A stretch of 58,496 nt of DNA from Veleropilina oligotropha (Eukaryota): contig JBEUKZ010000135.1 in assembly GCA_048128005.1 (NCBI GenBank), positions 248,001 through 306,496 on the forward strand. Direction: 5' to 3'. A program made the translations under genes and the position numbers. Positions 1-12,915 of the stretch are shown here, piece by piece. The notes under the pieces are model-generated. The model saw nothing but the letters and a program-made list of their open reading frames with translations, made no database searches and was not told the DNA's origin. The first letter of the stretch is position 1, and each line of letters opens with the position of its first letter.

Positions 1-326
1 AACTGTATATACTTATTATCGTACTAGAGCAAAGTCAATATTCGTACTATGTACCAATTTCACCATTGGAAATGTAAACTTATGGCAATTCTACCCTTTC
101 GCTACAACAGCATCAATTTTACATATAAATCATCGAAGCCAACATAACACAGCATTCATGTGATAAATACATTTATATCATGATAACATATTAATGCATT
201 TTAAAGATCACTTTTTCAAAACAACACGACCACATTTTTCCTTTTTATTATATAATATAGGCTATGGAAATGTTAAATAATAGATATTTTATTTTCCTTT
301 CGTGGTTATAATATAATTATATACAA

Positions 327-614
327 CTAGCAATGGTACCCGTCTTCGCCGGGTAAGTCCCCCCAGCCCAAATTTTTTTTTTTTTTTTGGATAGTGCTCC
401 CTTTTTATTTTATTTTTTTTTTCTCCATTATATTAAAAATGATAGTAAATTTTTTTTTTTTTCGCGAATTTTCCGAATTTTTTTCGTGGTAAACCTTCCT
501 TGGGGGACCCCGATTAACCCCCCAAAGTTTGAAGGTCCTAGGTCAAAGCGTCTGGGAGGAGTTCAACTTGAAACAGACAGACCCGCATACAATTATAGCT
601 CCATTATATTAAGA
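327..614 (-). mobile_element. Non-autonomous Helitron (288 bp)
   Basis: Minus strand starts TCTTAATATAA and ends CTAG, with subterminal hairpin ACCCG-N7-CGGGT; inserted between A and T without TSD; empty site in the duplicate copy at 34309/34310. Confidence 0.9.
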
Positions 615-834
615 TAACATCAAATAATGTATTATTAGGCCTAATGAAGAGCTTCTAGCATCTATATTCTGTATTTCTTGCTAGTCTTGATGGCCTAGAA
701 ATAGAAACAAATAATAATATTAAAATACTATTTAATTAAATAATATTAATATATTAGTTAATAGTTTAATATGGATCAAGAAACCCTTTACTGGTACTGT
801 AATCCGTGAACATTACTCTATACGCGGGCTCATT

Positions 835-925
835 GAAAGCGAGGACGTTTTGACTCTGAAAGCGAGGACGTTTTGACTCACAAAAGCGAGGACGTTTTGG
901 CAAAGGGACGATTTGACTGGATACC
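835..925. repeat. Subterminal tandem repeats (AAAGCGAGGACGTTTTG x3 plus a degenerate unit) ending GGATACC; likely one end of a DNA transposon (Mutator/Phantom-like, tentative)
   Basis: Repeats seen directly; also at ~34530-34620 and, with one unit fewer, inverted at ~52624-52692. Partner end not found. Confidence 0.55.
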
Positions 926-1534
926 AAAAAAGCTCGCCGGCCGTGTTTTCTCCCGCTCCCGGCTATTAATCTAAATTTTCTTTATTTCAACCTTGCAACT
1001 CGAGTTTTCGGTTGTAAGGTTGCTATAAAGCACTATACTTAACAACCGCTAGGTTGATTTTGTAATATATATTGTTAATTTTGTGTATTTGAAGGTTGAA
1101 ATTTGTCAAAAGGGTTGTCAACAAACCACTAGCGAGAGTTATCTCCCGTTAGTATTGTTACGAAACAACACTTGTGCGTCGCGAATTTCACCAGCGACAC
1201 CCTTCAAATACACTTGTATCTTAATTTTATTATTTATTAGCGGACCGCTAGTTTTATTTTTTTTTATTTCGGGTTTTATTCATCAAAAAAGTTGTTTTTG
1301 GCGAGTTTAAACTTAACATCCGGGTTCTACACCCAGCTAGCGGTTTATATTAGGCTTTGCATAGCGCTGAAATCGACATCTAAAGGCTGCCGCCTTTGTT
1401 CTCTCGTCGGTGGCCACCGTTTCGTACGAAACAATAGCCGCCTACCAGCAACTTATTTATAGTATTTTGTTGCTTGGCTTTCGAACCTGTTTGTTTAATA
1501 TAATTATTATAAAAGGGGCAGTGGCCTGAATATT

Positions 1535-2245
1535 ATGGCGTCTTCTGTAGCCAGACCACTGCCCCTTCGATTAGACACAAGGCACGATAAGACGGCGGCA
1601 GTGAACGTGTATCGTGCCTTGAGGGGGGTTATTGTAACAGGCCCCGGCCTTATTAAGGGCCTGATCCATATAAGAAAATCTATATGGAACGTCTCTGTGG
1701 CCACGCCGGCCATCAGAGACAAGTTAATAGATAGCGGTCTTGCTATCAACGGGGTTAGCTGCCCGCTACATCCCGTTGATGTAAACCGCGTGCTAATCAA
1801 CGTCAGAGTTCCTTTAGAAATCTCTGACGTCGATATTAAGGAGGCCTTTTCGGTCTTTGGGCGGGTAGAGTCTATGGTACGTGAGTACCACGATTTTGAC
1901 ACCACGGTCGCCACCGGTGTGAGTAAGGTGTGGATGACGCGAGTCACCCGCACTATTATGAACACCCTATACATCGGTGGTATGTATCTACCCGTCTGGT
2001 ACAACGAACCATCAGATGACCAAATTGATACCGATACTATTATAGAGGACCTTGCTTCGGAAATTGTTGCTGCTGCCACGAAGGGTGGGAGGGCAGAAGC
2101 AGCCAAATTACACCGGCAGACGGAGAGCCCCGAACCACCTGGGCCGCTTCCTCCTTCCAACGATCCAATGGAAAGCGATGAACCATTGGATCGCCAGCAC
2201 AAACCGAAACCTGCTATAAAGCCCGTAGTTCCACGGAACAAATAG
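1535..2245 (+). CDS. Chimeric LINE ORF1 (RRM-type, L1/Tx1-like N-terminus fused to I-group ORF1 C-terminus), copy 1
   Basis: Pattern FGRVESM...VATG...LYIGG..LPVWY typical of RRM ORF1; from ~2005 the DNA and protein (EPSDDQ..DTII.DLA) match the ORF1 tail at 39533-39794. Confidence 0.8.
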   Translation: MASSVARPLPLRLDTRHDKTAAVNVYRALRGVIVTGPGLIKGLIHIRKSIWNVSVATPAIRDKLIDSGLAINGVSCPLHPVDVNRVLINVRVPLEISDVDIKEAFSVFGRVESMVREYHDFDTTVATGVSKVWMTRVTRTIMNTLYIGGMYLPVWYNEPSDDQIDTDTIIEDLASEIVAAATKGGRAEAAKLHRQTESPEPPGPLPPSNDPMESDEPLDRQHKPKPAIKPVVPRNK

Positions 2246-2301
2246 ACAAATTTAAACATAACATTACACACAAATATACTAATACACACCATTAAGCCAG
2301 C

Positions 2302-5300
2302 ATGTCAGGCACAATAATACAATGGAATTGTAGAGGCATTAAACCCAATATTGGTGAGATCAGTCTATTAATAAAAGAACACAAACCAATAGCATTTTGT
2401 CTCAATGAAACTTACATGAAACATACGCATTAAAGATCACTCACTATATAATCACATTGTCACAACAGGTGACAAGGCTACAGGGGGGGGGGGGGGGTTT
2501 CAATCATCATCAACAACAAAACACCACACAGCCAGGTGAACTTAAACACCAACTTACATGCAGTAGCGGTGAAAATATCGATTCACCGAGTAATAACTAT
2601 CTGCTCGGTATACTTACCACCTGGTCCAAAATTACGACCTACTGACCTTGACAATCTCATCGATCAGTTACCGACCCAATTTGTACTGTGTGTCGTTTTT
2701 AATGCCCACAGTGCGGATTGGGGCGGTACTGACACAGACAAACGGTGACATTAAATAGAGGACTTTATTGGGATACACAATCTGTGTTTATTTAATAATA
2801 CAAAATCGCCAACATACATGCATCCAGCTACAGGCTCACTTACCACCATTGACCTTACCATGTGCGACCCATCTGCTTTCCTGGACTTTACTTGGAAAGT
2901 TGGTGAGGACCTCCGTGGAAGCGACCACTTTCCAATTTTCCTGGAAAGCACAATTAACCAAGCACAAGAACACACAGAAAGGTGGAAACTTCACAAAGCA
3001 GATTGGGGGAAATTCCAATCTCTTTGTGAAGACCAATTACACGAAGGTCACCTTACTAATGGCGAAGACCCAATATCAAGTTTCGCTACAACACTACACG
3101 ACATTGCAACACTATCAATTCCAAAAACCTGTCCAAATGCCAAACACAAAAGCAAACCTTGGTTTAATGAAGACTGCAGACAAGCAATCAAAGCACGCAT
3201 ACATGAAATTTCAACATTTAAACAGTACCCAACACTACAAAATTTTAATAGCTTTAGGCTATTAAGAGCACAAGCCAGACGTACCATCAAGCATAGCAAA
3301 AGGGAATCCTGGCATTCCTACGTTACCAAACTAAACTATCGTTCTACTATTAAAAAAACATGGGATATGATCCGTAAAATCAGCGGCAAGCATACACCCA
3401 ACTGCATCAAGCATTTTAAAACAACCAATTCAGAAGCCAACACGGCTAAAGACATCGCAAACACCTTGGCAGACACATTTTCTGCCAATTCATCATCCGA
3501 CAACTGCACTCCAAAATTCAGCCATTTTAAACATCAAAAAGAAAAAACAAGGCTCAATTTGAAAGATACATCACATCCCAACAGTTATCGACCCATAGCC
3601 CTGACGAGTTGTATTTGTAAAACCATGGAAAGGATGATAAACGAGAGATTAGTTTGGTACTTAGAATCAAATAATTTACTTACAGAATATCAATGTGGGT
3701 TCCGGCGCAACCGGAGCACCACAGATCACTTGGTACATCTGGAAACTTTTGTTCGTGAGGCCTTCCTAAACAGACATTTAGTTGCTGTATTTTTCGATCT
3801 AGAGAAGGCTTACGACACTACTTGGAAGTACGGGATTATGAAGGATATGTTTGATGTTGGTTTAAAGGGCCACTTGCCCAATTTTATTTCGAAATTCCCT
3901 GAGGATAGAAATTTTCAAGTGAAGGTGGGTGACACCGTCTCCGATATCCACGACCAGGAGATGGGTGTCCCTCAAGGAAGCATTTTATCAGTCACCCTAT
4001 TCAGTATTAAGATCAACAGTATCGTCAAATGTATTAGTACTGGCACTGACTGTTCATTATTTGTTGACGATTTTGGCATTTGCTATCGTTCAACAAATAT
4101 GAACAGTATAGAATGCCAGCTACAACACGGCCTAAATAAATTACAGATATTGTCCGAAGAGAATGGATTTAAATTCTCAAAGGACAAAACTAAATGCATG
4201 CATTTCTGCCAGCATCGTGAAATTCATGACGGCCCTGTGCTAAAACTGGATGACTTTGAGATTCCAGTCGTGGACCAATTTAAATTTTTAGGCCTTATAT
4301 TTGACCGCAAACTGACTTTCATACCTCATATAAAATATATCAAAGCTAAATGCAAGAACGCTTTGAATCTAATGAAAGTAGTTTCTAATACTGAATGGGG
4401 TGCTGATAAAACAGTTTTATTACGACTATACAGATCATTAATTAGATCAAAACTTGATTATGGGAGCATAGTATATGGCTCTGCTCGCCATTCATATCTT
4501 AAAATGCTTGATCCAATCCATAATCAAGGGCTTCGACTTGCATTAGGGGCTTTTCGCACATCACCCATGGAGAGCCTCTACGTCGAAGCCAATGAACCAT
4601 CTCTTACACTCAGACGTGAAAAACTATCACTACAATATGCAATAAAATTAAAATCAAATCCATCTAACCCAGCTTTCGAAACTGTCTATACACCAAATTA
4701 CGAAAATCTATTTCAGGCAAAACCAAACAAAATTGCACCGTTTGGCATCCGCATAAAACCAGCACTAGAAAATGCAGGCATACATGTAGGTCAAATTAAA
4801 ACAATTCTCATTCCGGATACTCCACCATGGACACTAAAAGTACCAGTAATTGATCTACAACTTACATCACTCAAAAAATCAAACACAGAAACAACAGATT
4901 ATCTGTCAAAATTGCACGATCTGAAATTAAAATATTCAGATCGTGCAAGCATATACGCAGATGGTTCAAAAGATGCAGAATTAGTAGGAGCAGCCGCTGT
5001 CACTGGCAGACAATGTTTTCAAAACCGTCTGCCAGTCAGCGCGACTATATATACTGCAGAACTAAAAGCAATCGAGCTTGCTCTTAATTTTATCTCTACA
5101 AGTACTAAACGGCGTTTTATTATCTATTCAGACTCCCTCTCTAGCTTACAAGCACTCAGGGAGATGAATAGAAATGTTATTGTTCAGGAAATTTTATTAA
5201 ACTATAACAACCTTTTACCTGACAATGACATTGTTTTATGCTGGATACCGAGCCATATCGGTATCCAAGGCAATGAGAAGGCTGATCAAGCTGCCAAGGC

Positions 5301-5742
5301 AGCCTCACATTTTAACAATATACTAAATTGTAAACTACCACACTCAGATTTTAAACAAAGCATAAACAAATATATAAATTCTACTTGGCAGCACTCTTGG
5401 AGTGAATGCACAAGGAATAAACTGCAGAATGTCCAACCTCTTCTTGGTGACTGGGGACCCTCTTGCAGGCCATCTCGGCGAGAGGAGGTCGTCTTGGCCA
5501 GACTGAGAATTGGGCATTCTCACTACACTCACTCCTACTTGCTTAAAGGGGAGCCTCCACCTGAGTGTATTCCTTGTGCAACTGCCCTAACAATTAAACA
5601 TTTATTATTGGATTGTGTCGATTTGGATCTCGCACGCCAAAGGTATTTTAGGGCAAATTCACTCCAAGAGTTATTTAATCTTAATAAGCTCGAAGCCGTA
5701 TTTGAATTTTTAAAACAGGTAAATATTTTCCATAAGTTTTAA
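2302..5742 (+). pseudogene. I-group LINE ORF2 (APE-RT-RNase H): broken endonuclease, 79-codon deletion, mosaic old/young; open frame 2818-5742
   Basis: GVPQGS, FVDD and RNase H WIPSHIGIQGNEKAD motifs; stops near 2747-2755; KTRLN|LKDTSH deletion relative to 39852-43535. Confidence 0.9.
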
Positions 5743-6063
5743 TTTTATTTATACTTTTATTTCCTTTATGACTAAATTCTACATAAATTTCTTTTATTTT
5801 ATTATTATACTATTTTATTATTATACTCGTTTTTAGCAAACATTTGATCTTATTTTTATCCAAATTTGCATTGTTTTATTTTACTTGTAAATATATTGAA
5901 TTGTTTTTATTATTTATCACATGTTTTATTGCATTGATATTTTATTAGTAAATATATATCTCAACTTTTAACTTTTTATATTAAACTATTGTATAATTAA
6001 CTTGACCGACCTGATTATGACCATTAGTGTCGGCGTGGTCGTTAAACATCAAATCAAATCAAA
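4510..6063 (+). mobile_element. 5'-truncated young I-group LINE inserted in register into the old homologous LINE
   Basis: Nearly identical to 42302-43863 including 3' UTR and (AAATC)n tail; old-type sequence resumes at 6064 from the position homologous to 4510. Confidence 0.85.
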
Positions 6064-6629
6064 TGATCCAATCCATAATCAAGGGCTTCGACTTGCACTT
6101 GGGGCTTTCCGCACATCACCCATGGAAAGCCTCTATGTCGAAGCCAATGAACCATCTCTTACACACAGACGTGAAAAATTATCACTGCAATATGCAATCA
6201 AATTAAAATCACACCCATCTAACCCAGCTTTCGAAACTGTATTTACACCTAATTACGAAAATTTATTTCTGGCAAAACCAAACAAAATTTCACCATTCGT
6301 CATCCGCATTAAACCAGCGCTTGAAAACGCAGGCATACATTTAGGTCAAATTAAAACAAATCACATTTCGGATACGCCACCATGGACACTAAAAGCACCG
6401 GTGATTGACCTGCAGCTTGCATCACCCAAAAAATCAAACACAGACACATCAGATTATCTCACAAAAGTGCACGATTTGAAACTGAAATACTCAGATCGTA
6501 CAAAGCATATACACAGATGGTTCAAAAGATGCAGAATTAGTAGGAGCAGCCGCTGTCACTGGCAGACAATGTTTTCAAAACCGTCTGCCAGGCAGCGCGA
6601 CTATATATACTGCAGAACTAAAAGCAATA

Positions 6630-7390
6630 TAGACTGAGAGCTGGCAATCGCTTAATTAAAATGTCGCGCCCGAAAGGTTTGATGGGCTCATCTTAGAGAT
6701 GTGTCATCCACAACTATCGAAAGGTGATTCTTAAGTTTCGGAACTGGGGCATTAGGGAACCGCAGTCCCTTAAAAAGACCCGAAAATACTTTTAATTAAA
6801 CAGTCGCGCCCAAAGCTAATTTTCGTTTTACGATGTATACAAATAGTAGAGACTTCGAAACTGAATCGTAAGAAATTATACATTGGGGCAACTGTCCGTA
6901 AGAAGGGCCTTAAATGTGACATGCCATGGATTTAATTAAACTTTGGCGCCCGAAAAAAAATTTGGTGGAGATTATCTCCTTAAGAGGCATAGAAATCGAC
7001 ATCGTACCGTAAGAAATGTTTACTTTGAGCATCTTCACTTAAGAAGGGCCCCAAAACGACTGATCTTAAAATACCCTTTTTATTTAAACAGTAGCGCCCG
7101 AAAATATTCTTCACTTTATGACATCTACAACAAACTAGGATCGCAAAACTGGCTTGTAAGAAATCCTACAATGGGGCGACTGCCCATAAGAAGGGCCTAA
7201 AAGGGGTCATATGGAGGCTTTAATTAAACTTTGTCGCCCAACTAAATTTTAAGTTCATATCTACTCATTGACAGGCATTGAAAAGGAAACCATAACGTAA
7301 GAACTTTTTAATTGGGCCGTATTTATGTAAGAAGGGTCGGAAAGTGTCAAGAGACTGAAAACAGCTCACAACTCGCCTTTAATTAAAGTA
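6630..7390 (+). repeat. Academ left TIR, built of ~140-bp subrepeats
   Basis: Reverse complement of ~14358-15108; near-identical for ~600 bp then diverged; TTAATTAAA-led units at 6652, 6792, 6932, 7080, 7220, 7379. Confidence 0.9.
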
Positions 7391-7899
7391 GCGTGCCCGA
7401 GCGAAATTCAATTTTCAATTTACGTGGGATTTGTGTGCAAGAGAAAAAAAAGTCACTCAAGAAAATTTCGAATGTGCATCTATGAATAAGATGGTATGAA
7501 AAGGGCCAAGTGGGTTTACGACACGAAAAGAAGATTTGCAACATTTACCCGAGTAAACGTCCACTCCTGATCGCAATTCCACGGACAGACATTGTTGTCA
7601 CATGTTAACCGTCACAGTGGTAGACATCTGTGGGCGATAGAGTAGTGGGGTCAGAAACAGACAAGAAAACAAATCGAAATGTTTATTATACTATACGTTG
7701 CTAATCGTAACCTATGAAAGTATCTAGAAATAGATGATCATTTTGCAGTGTAATGAGACGGAGAATGGTGGATGTTCATCATTACACGAAAATAGCACAG
7801 TACTTTTCTAAATCTGTATACTCATTTTAGAATAGCGTACGGAACCTGTTTGTTGAGGTCTGGCCGTCACGCATAGGAATCTTGAAGAATAAGCAAGGT

Positions 7900-10800
7900 T
7901 TATTCATCAATATCCGTGTCGCTGTCCATATGATAGGCCACATCGAACACAGAGTGTGGAACAATTCCAGCATCATCATCTTCATCGTCTGACTCCGCAG
8001 CTGCATCGGGTACTACGGAGTCCGGCATTTGTGGACCATTAAACCATATGTACTCGTATTTGTTGTTTTCGTTCAGATCCCATCCTGAGCGGGGGCGCAG
8101 TTGAAGCTGCTTGGTAACGGCGCTATGCCACATACTCGCCACAAATTGTGACCTGTAAATCTTCTGGAGAACTTCAGATTCACACGGTGGGATGCTCGTA
8201 GCGTCCACCCCTTTCATTTGATGCAGTGGCTTGTCAGCATCTTTCGGACCAAACGCTTTTTCGAAAACACGGTAACGCCATTTGTTTAGAGTCATTTTCT
8301 GCTTCTTCTTTATCTTTGCCCCATACAGCTCTGCAGTGAAGTCCATTAGCGCCTCAATGGTCGCCTCACAGGGCGCTTCGACTGAGAGTGCAGTGAAAGC
8401 CTTCAGGTAACGGTCTTCTCGGATCATGATTTTCTAGGGTTTCTTCTTACCCTTGCGTGAAAATGCTGCTGTGTAATCTGACCCCGTATAGGCGTGAAAG
8501 CCAGGTAAGGCTGCACAGACTTCTGGACCTATTACATCAGCTATACGCTTGACATTGATATATCGTCGGTGCTGTCCGGTCCCAACCTCCATCCATAAAT
8601 TGGATTCCAAACTATGACAGTGGTGAAGGAGAATAATTAGAATGTCTGTGTCACCTGCCCTTGTCACGATGTGGTTTTTGATATTCTCGTCACCGTATGC
8701 CATCCAAGTTTCGTGGACCTCGCGATCTGCATGATGCACACCAAGCTCCACTATGGTGTCGGCTTCTCGATGATTGTTGAAGAGCTCAAGTATGGGTTCC
8801 TTCGTAACCACACCATCCGCATTAGAGTACTTCATGCACACACCGTTGGCAAATAGATAAACCTCCCGGCCAGCTAGTATGGGCGCTTGGTGCTGCTCAG
8901 ACCAGTCCACAAGGAATTTGGGAAGTTCTCTCTTGAAAGATTCGTTCTTGAGACATTTCTCTAGGTCTTTTATCGGACGTATTTGTTCCGGTCCTGTAAT
9001 GGTAAAAGTCACTCCACCGTCGTTGATTTGCTCTCTGCGTTCTTGTTCGGCCTGTTTGATCCATGGTGTTTCATAAGTATCAAATGCCAGATATATCCGT
9101 TTGGATGGTTGTGCAAGCGCGGCATGAAGAATTGCACGTGACAGGGCTTGATAACTGGCAGAAATATTGGGTTGCAAACAATGCAGCAAGAAGTTACCGT
9201 CGATGACATGGACGTTAATATTGCTTGGCAATCCATGATCTTTTACCATTCCCTCCAGCGTATTCATGAGGCTACTTTTATCCGTGTGACACATGGTCCC
9301 ATCCATACGACACATTGTGAGTGGTACAGGTGTCAACGGGAACGTGAGGAGGTACTCCAAGTCAACCTTTTTGTTTGCAGCAACCACTGCGATACGTCCA
9401 AACATATCTCGGGTACATCTCAGTTCACTTATTACAGGATGTTTGGAGCGTTTGTTCTTTACACCTTGTGCCTTAGAGAAAGTCGTCAACGGGTTCCTTT
9501 TGATGGGGCGACTGAATCGTTCTGGGTCTTCCAAGCACTCCTTAACAAAGCTGTCATGCTTGGCGGCACCATCTCGGGTGACATTCAGTAAGGATGTAGA
9601 TATGGCAGTGTCAGCCACTTTCCCCGTTTGAATGTTTATTAGTTTGTCCGTTTCCACCGCGAAAGGATTCGCACAAGCTTGTATCATGTCAATTACTTTG
9701 TGCAAGTCTTTTTTATCACGAGCTATCCGCGCACTTGTCAACTCGGCTTGAACATCATCGGCTCTCTGCATACCAGCCATGTCGAAAAGTGAGCTGACCA
9801 GTGCAGCTCGACTGCCTTTTGTAACTGTCCACTTCAGTCTTGCACTGTAATTGTTAGTGAAAGCTGAAATTCCCGTCATGCGCGACGCTGCATCTGCATT
9901 CACGGTTTGCTCGAGCGTTAGGTCCACGGGTAGGCGACTGAAATGATTGTCTGTTCGCCTGATGCTGAAGAGGCCAGACTCTAGCATCTCCTTCAGGCCA
10001 GGGTGTGTGCTCTCTATATTTATCAAGTCTAGTTGATACTTGCTCATCCAACGAGCATAATTGTGACGGTTTGTTCCAAAAAATAAATCTGTCACAGGCG
10101 TCAGAATTAAAATGAACAAATCTACGTTGTTTTCTCGCACCGCTCTCTCAACTATGTGATATATTTGCATATACTCGACATACTGAATCCAAAATTGAGC
10201 GGTTTCACCTAGTTCACCTTTCGCAGTGCGTTTGACGAATGCGTCATAATCTCGAAAGAGGCGATCAAACAGGTTCGTGTCCAGTAAGTCTTTTATCGAG
10301 CGAGAGTCATCCAAGGCAGATGATCGTAAGATCGCGTTTACGCCGTCAGCATCTTCATATTCTGTGAAAAACTTACGAAAATGCAATGACTGGAACGCCA
10401 GTGCCAACATAGGATGTAGTCTTTTACATCTACTGAAGTTGCCACATTCAATGAATCCGTTCATGGAACCGGATGCGAGGACCCCAGCTTCTACCAGCAT
10501 TTCCGGACCTCCGGAATCTGCGATAACTTTCCCCATGGCGCGGAACAAACACAGAAGAATGTGAAATACACCAAAAAGTATGAATACATCATCGTATTCC
10601 GGTCGATCAGTTGACTGGATTTTCAGTGCCCGCTGTGCGACATCCATGTCATAGGTAACTAAACCGTATTGTTGTCTGCCTTCTTCTGCGCACCTCTTCG
10701 TTATGCGCAGAGTTTCTGCTACGATATCATCATTGGTAGGTGACCTGTCCAAATTTGGCATGTAAAGAACCACTTGTTTGGGCAAATGATCGGTGTAAAA

Positions 10801-12735
10801 CCGAGAATTGAATCCTACCCACATGGGAATGTTTTCTTCTTTGAGCGCATACGCGGCCATCCACAGAACATCCAACTTCCTAGATCTTGTTGAAGTATCG
10901 CGCAACATTCTAAACTGACTATTACCATACGTAAATTCGTTCATACGTGGCTTTTTGCGATATGGAGTGATGGATGGGTTTTCAATGACTAACTTTCGTC
11001 TTCCTTTTTTTCTGGGCATGTCCTGTACTGTCGCTGAAGCAGAAGGCATCGACTGTTCGACGACTGATTCTTCGTCACTGTCCGGCTCACCATAATATAT
11101 CCCCATTGTGTCGTGCAGTGTCTCTTTCCCTGAAAGCGTCTGTGTTAGCTCATCGTAGTTGTCGTAAGCATTAGCACCTGGTTTCTTCCGCGATGCGCCT
11201 ATGGGACGACTCATGTCTCTGTCTATTATGGAATATGCTAATTCAGTTTCAAGCTCCTCTACTGCATGGTAATTTATACAGTGTCCAAACCGATTCAACA
11301 TTGTGAGTATTTTTCTACTGCCGGACAGCGATTTCATGCCCATCCCAGTCAAAATGTGTTTGGAAGTCTTGATGGCACCATTTGTCACACAAAACAGTGC
11401 ATCTCTGCTGGTGGCTAAAGCGCGCCGTTTCACGGATTCTGAGTGACACGCCACTTTGGCTCCGCCATAGAGTATTCGAAAAAAATGTTCAACTTCATCA
11501 GGAGGTTCTCCTTCACCAGCCATAAGTGACTCTATAGTCAGTGGGTCACTGAGTTCTTGCTTGGTCACTCCTTTCAATGCCTTCCGAAGAAGAAGTGCAG
11601 CATTCATAATCTGACCTTCCTGTGATGTTTTGAAGTCGTAGACGACTTTGATGGACTCATAATCCATTTGGGAACTGTGTGCATACACGCCTAATTTCTT
11701 GCTCTTAGACGTCAATATTAAAACTGTTGGAAAGCGCTTCTTCAACAATTGTCCAAAGTATTGCACACTGCTAGTTGCGGGTTGCGATTCCAGGTCTTCA
11801 CAAATTGCAAAATATCGGTCCAAAATGGATTTTAGCAGTTCTGGTCGGCATTGAGAAATGACATATTTGTTGACATAGTGACAGATCTCATCAAATGCAC
11901 CAGTCTTGTTCTGATTTTGAGATTCTTCCTGGATGGCAGACAATCTATTCTGCGTTCGTTCTGCTAATTTGTTCTTCTCTGAACGACAACTATGATGCAC
12001 TTTTGCCTCTTTGGATATTAGATCAACTGTAGCGATTTTTATCTGAACGTCAGCTAACTTCAAAATATGTACTGCTTCCCTTATTCTCTGTTCAGCTTGC
12101 TTCGTTTCTATATTGCCTGGATATTCTTTCGTACCATCCGAACGCTTCTTGACCAATTTGCTACAATATATGCATTCATTTGAGAAAATACCCGAAGTGT
12201 TTGCTTGCGATGTGGACGGCGGAGTAATGCTACGCAACTGCTTTCGGGAGGCATCTGAATGAGCGGAAGGACTTGCTGAAACGATGGAATCGACAGCAGC
12301 AGGTTTTTGAATCGGAGCAGGAATAGCGGTAACATTCTTATAACACTTACTGTGGTATCCTTGGTTTGGTGAGGGTTGATTCTTTGGTAACGACTCTATT
12401 ATTATCCGGTACTTCGATGATGCATAGTTCTTCAGTAGTTTGCGCTTTTCTCTTGCGGCAAGAATATTTCTCCATTTATCCTCAGTACACGGCTTTAGAT
12501 TTTTCTTCTCTGATTCACACACGTGTATTATACAATCGGTAACAGTTGTGATGTCTGCTGTGTTGATAGCCTCAAAAATATCTGGTCCTGTCTCTGCTTC
12601 AGTGTTCCGGCCGCCTGCGTCATCGCGAACTTCATGCTGCTCACTGGTCGTTTCTGAAACAAGAAACACAGTATAAGACGCGAGTGAGTGAATCGGTTGA
12701 GTTTTACGACCATATTTTGACAATTTTTTAGTCAT
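7900..12735 (-). pseudogene. Academ transposase (DDE core plus XPG/FEN1-like domain) with one in-frame stop at 8434-8436
   Basis: Motifs YDNYD, TLHDT, VTYDMD, GVFHI, NRHNYARW, DLTLEQTVN, VIDG, HREADT, DTDI, FHAYTGSDYTAAF; the 8434-12735 and 7900-8427 ORFs are in frame across TAG. The true exon probably starts at the acceptor near 12655. Confidence 0.88.
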
Positions 12736-12739
12736 ATCT

Positions 12740-12915
12740 GTAGTCGGAACCTCGGTTTAACGTCTCCCTTCGAAGGACGGGTAACGAGTTTTTAAGTCAT
12801 CCCTTCTGTTAGTTTTAAGCGATAGAATAAGCGACGCCAGGGCGGGATTCGAACCCACACCCTACCGTCCCACTTAACGTTTTTCCGACGCTCTACCAGT
12901 TGGGCTATCGAGGAC
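12740..12915 (-). mobile_element. tRNA-derived SINE fragment with V-domain-like core
   Basis: Pol III A box TAGCCCAACTGG and B box GGTTCGAATCCC, followed by GTCCTTCGAAGGGAGACGTTAAACCGAGG resembling the V-SINE core. Confidence 0.7.

Noticed and set aside
835..925. CRISPR-like array
   Set aside because: Units are nearly adjacent with no unique spacers, no cas genes, eukaryotic context.
1535..2245. Domesticated host gene under selection
   Set aside because: Differences among the three copies are largely non-synonymous; open frames are explained by recent duplication.
1507..2292. Antisense ORFs (261 aa here and in its copies; 44642-45565; many inside the virus)
   Set aside because: Shadows of real coding strands with no recognisable motifs.
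12835..12915. tRNA gene
   Set aside because: A and B boxes are present but there is no good acceptor or anticodon stem, and a SINE core follows.
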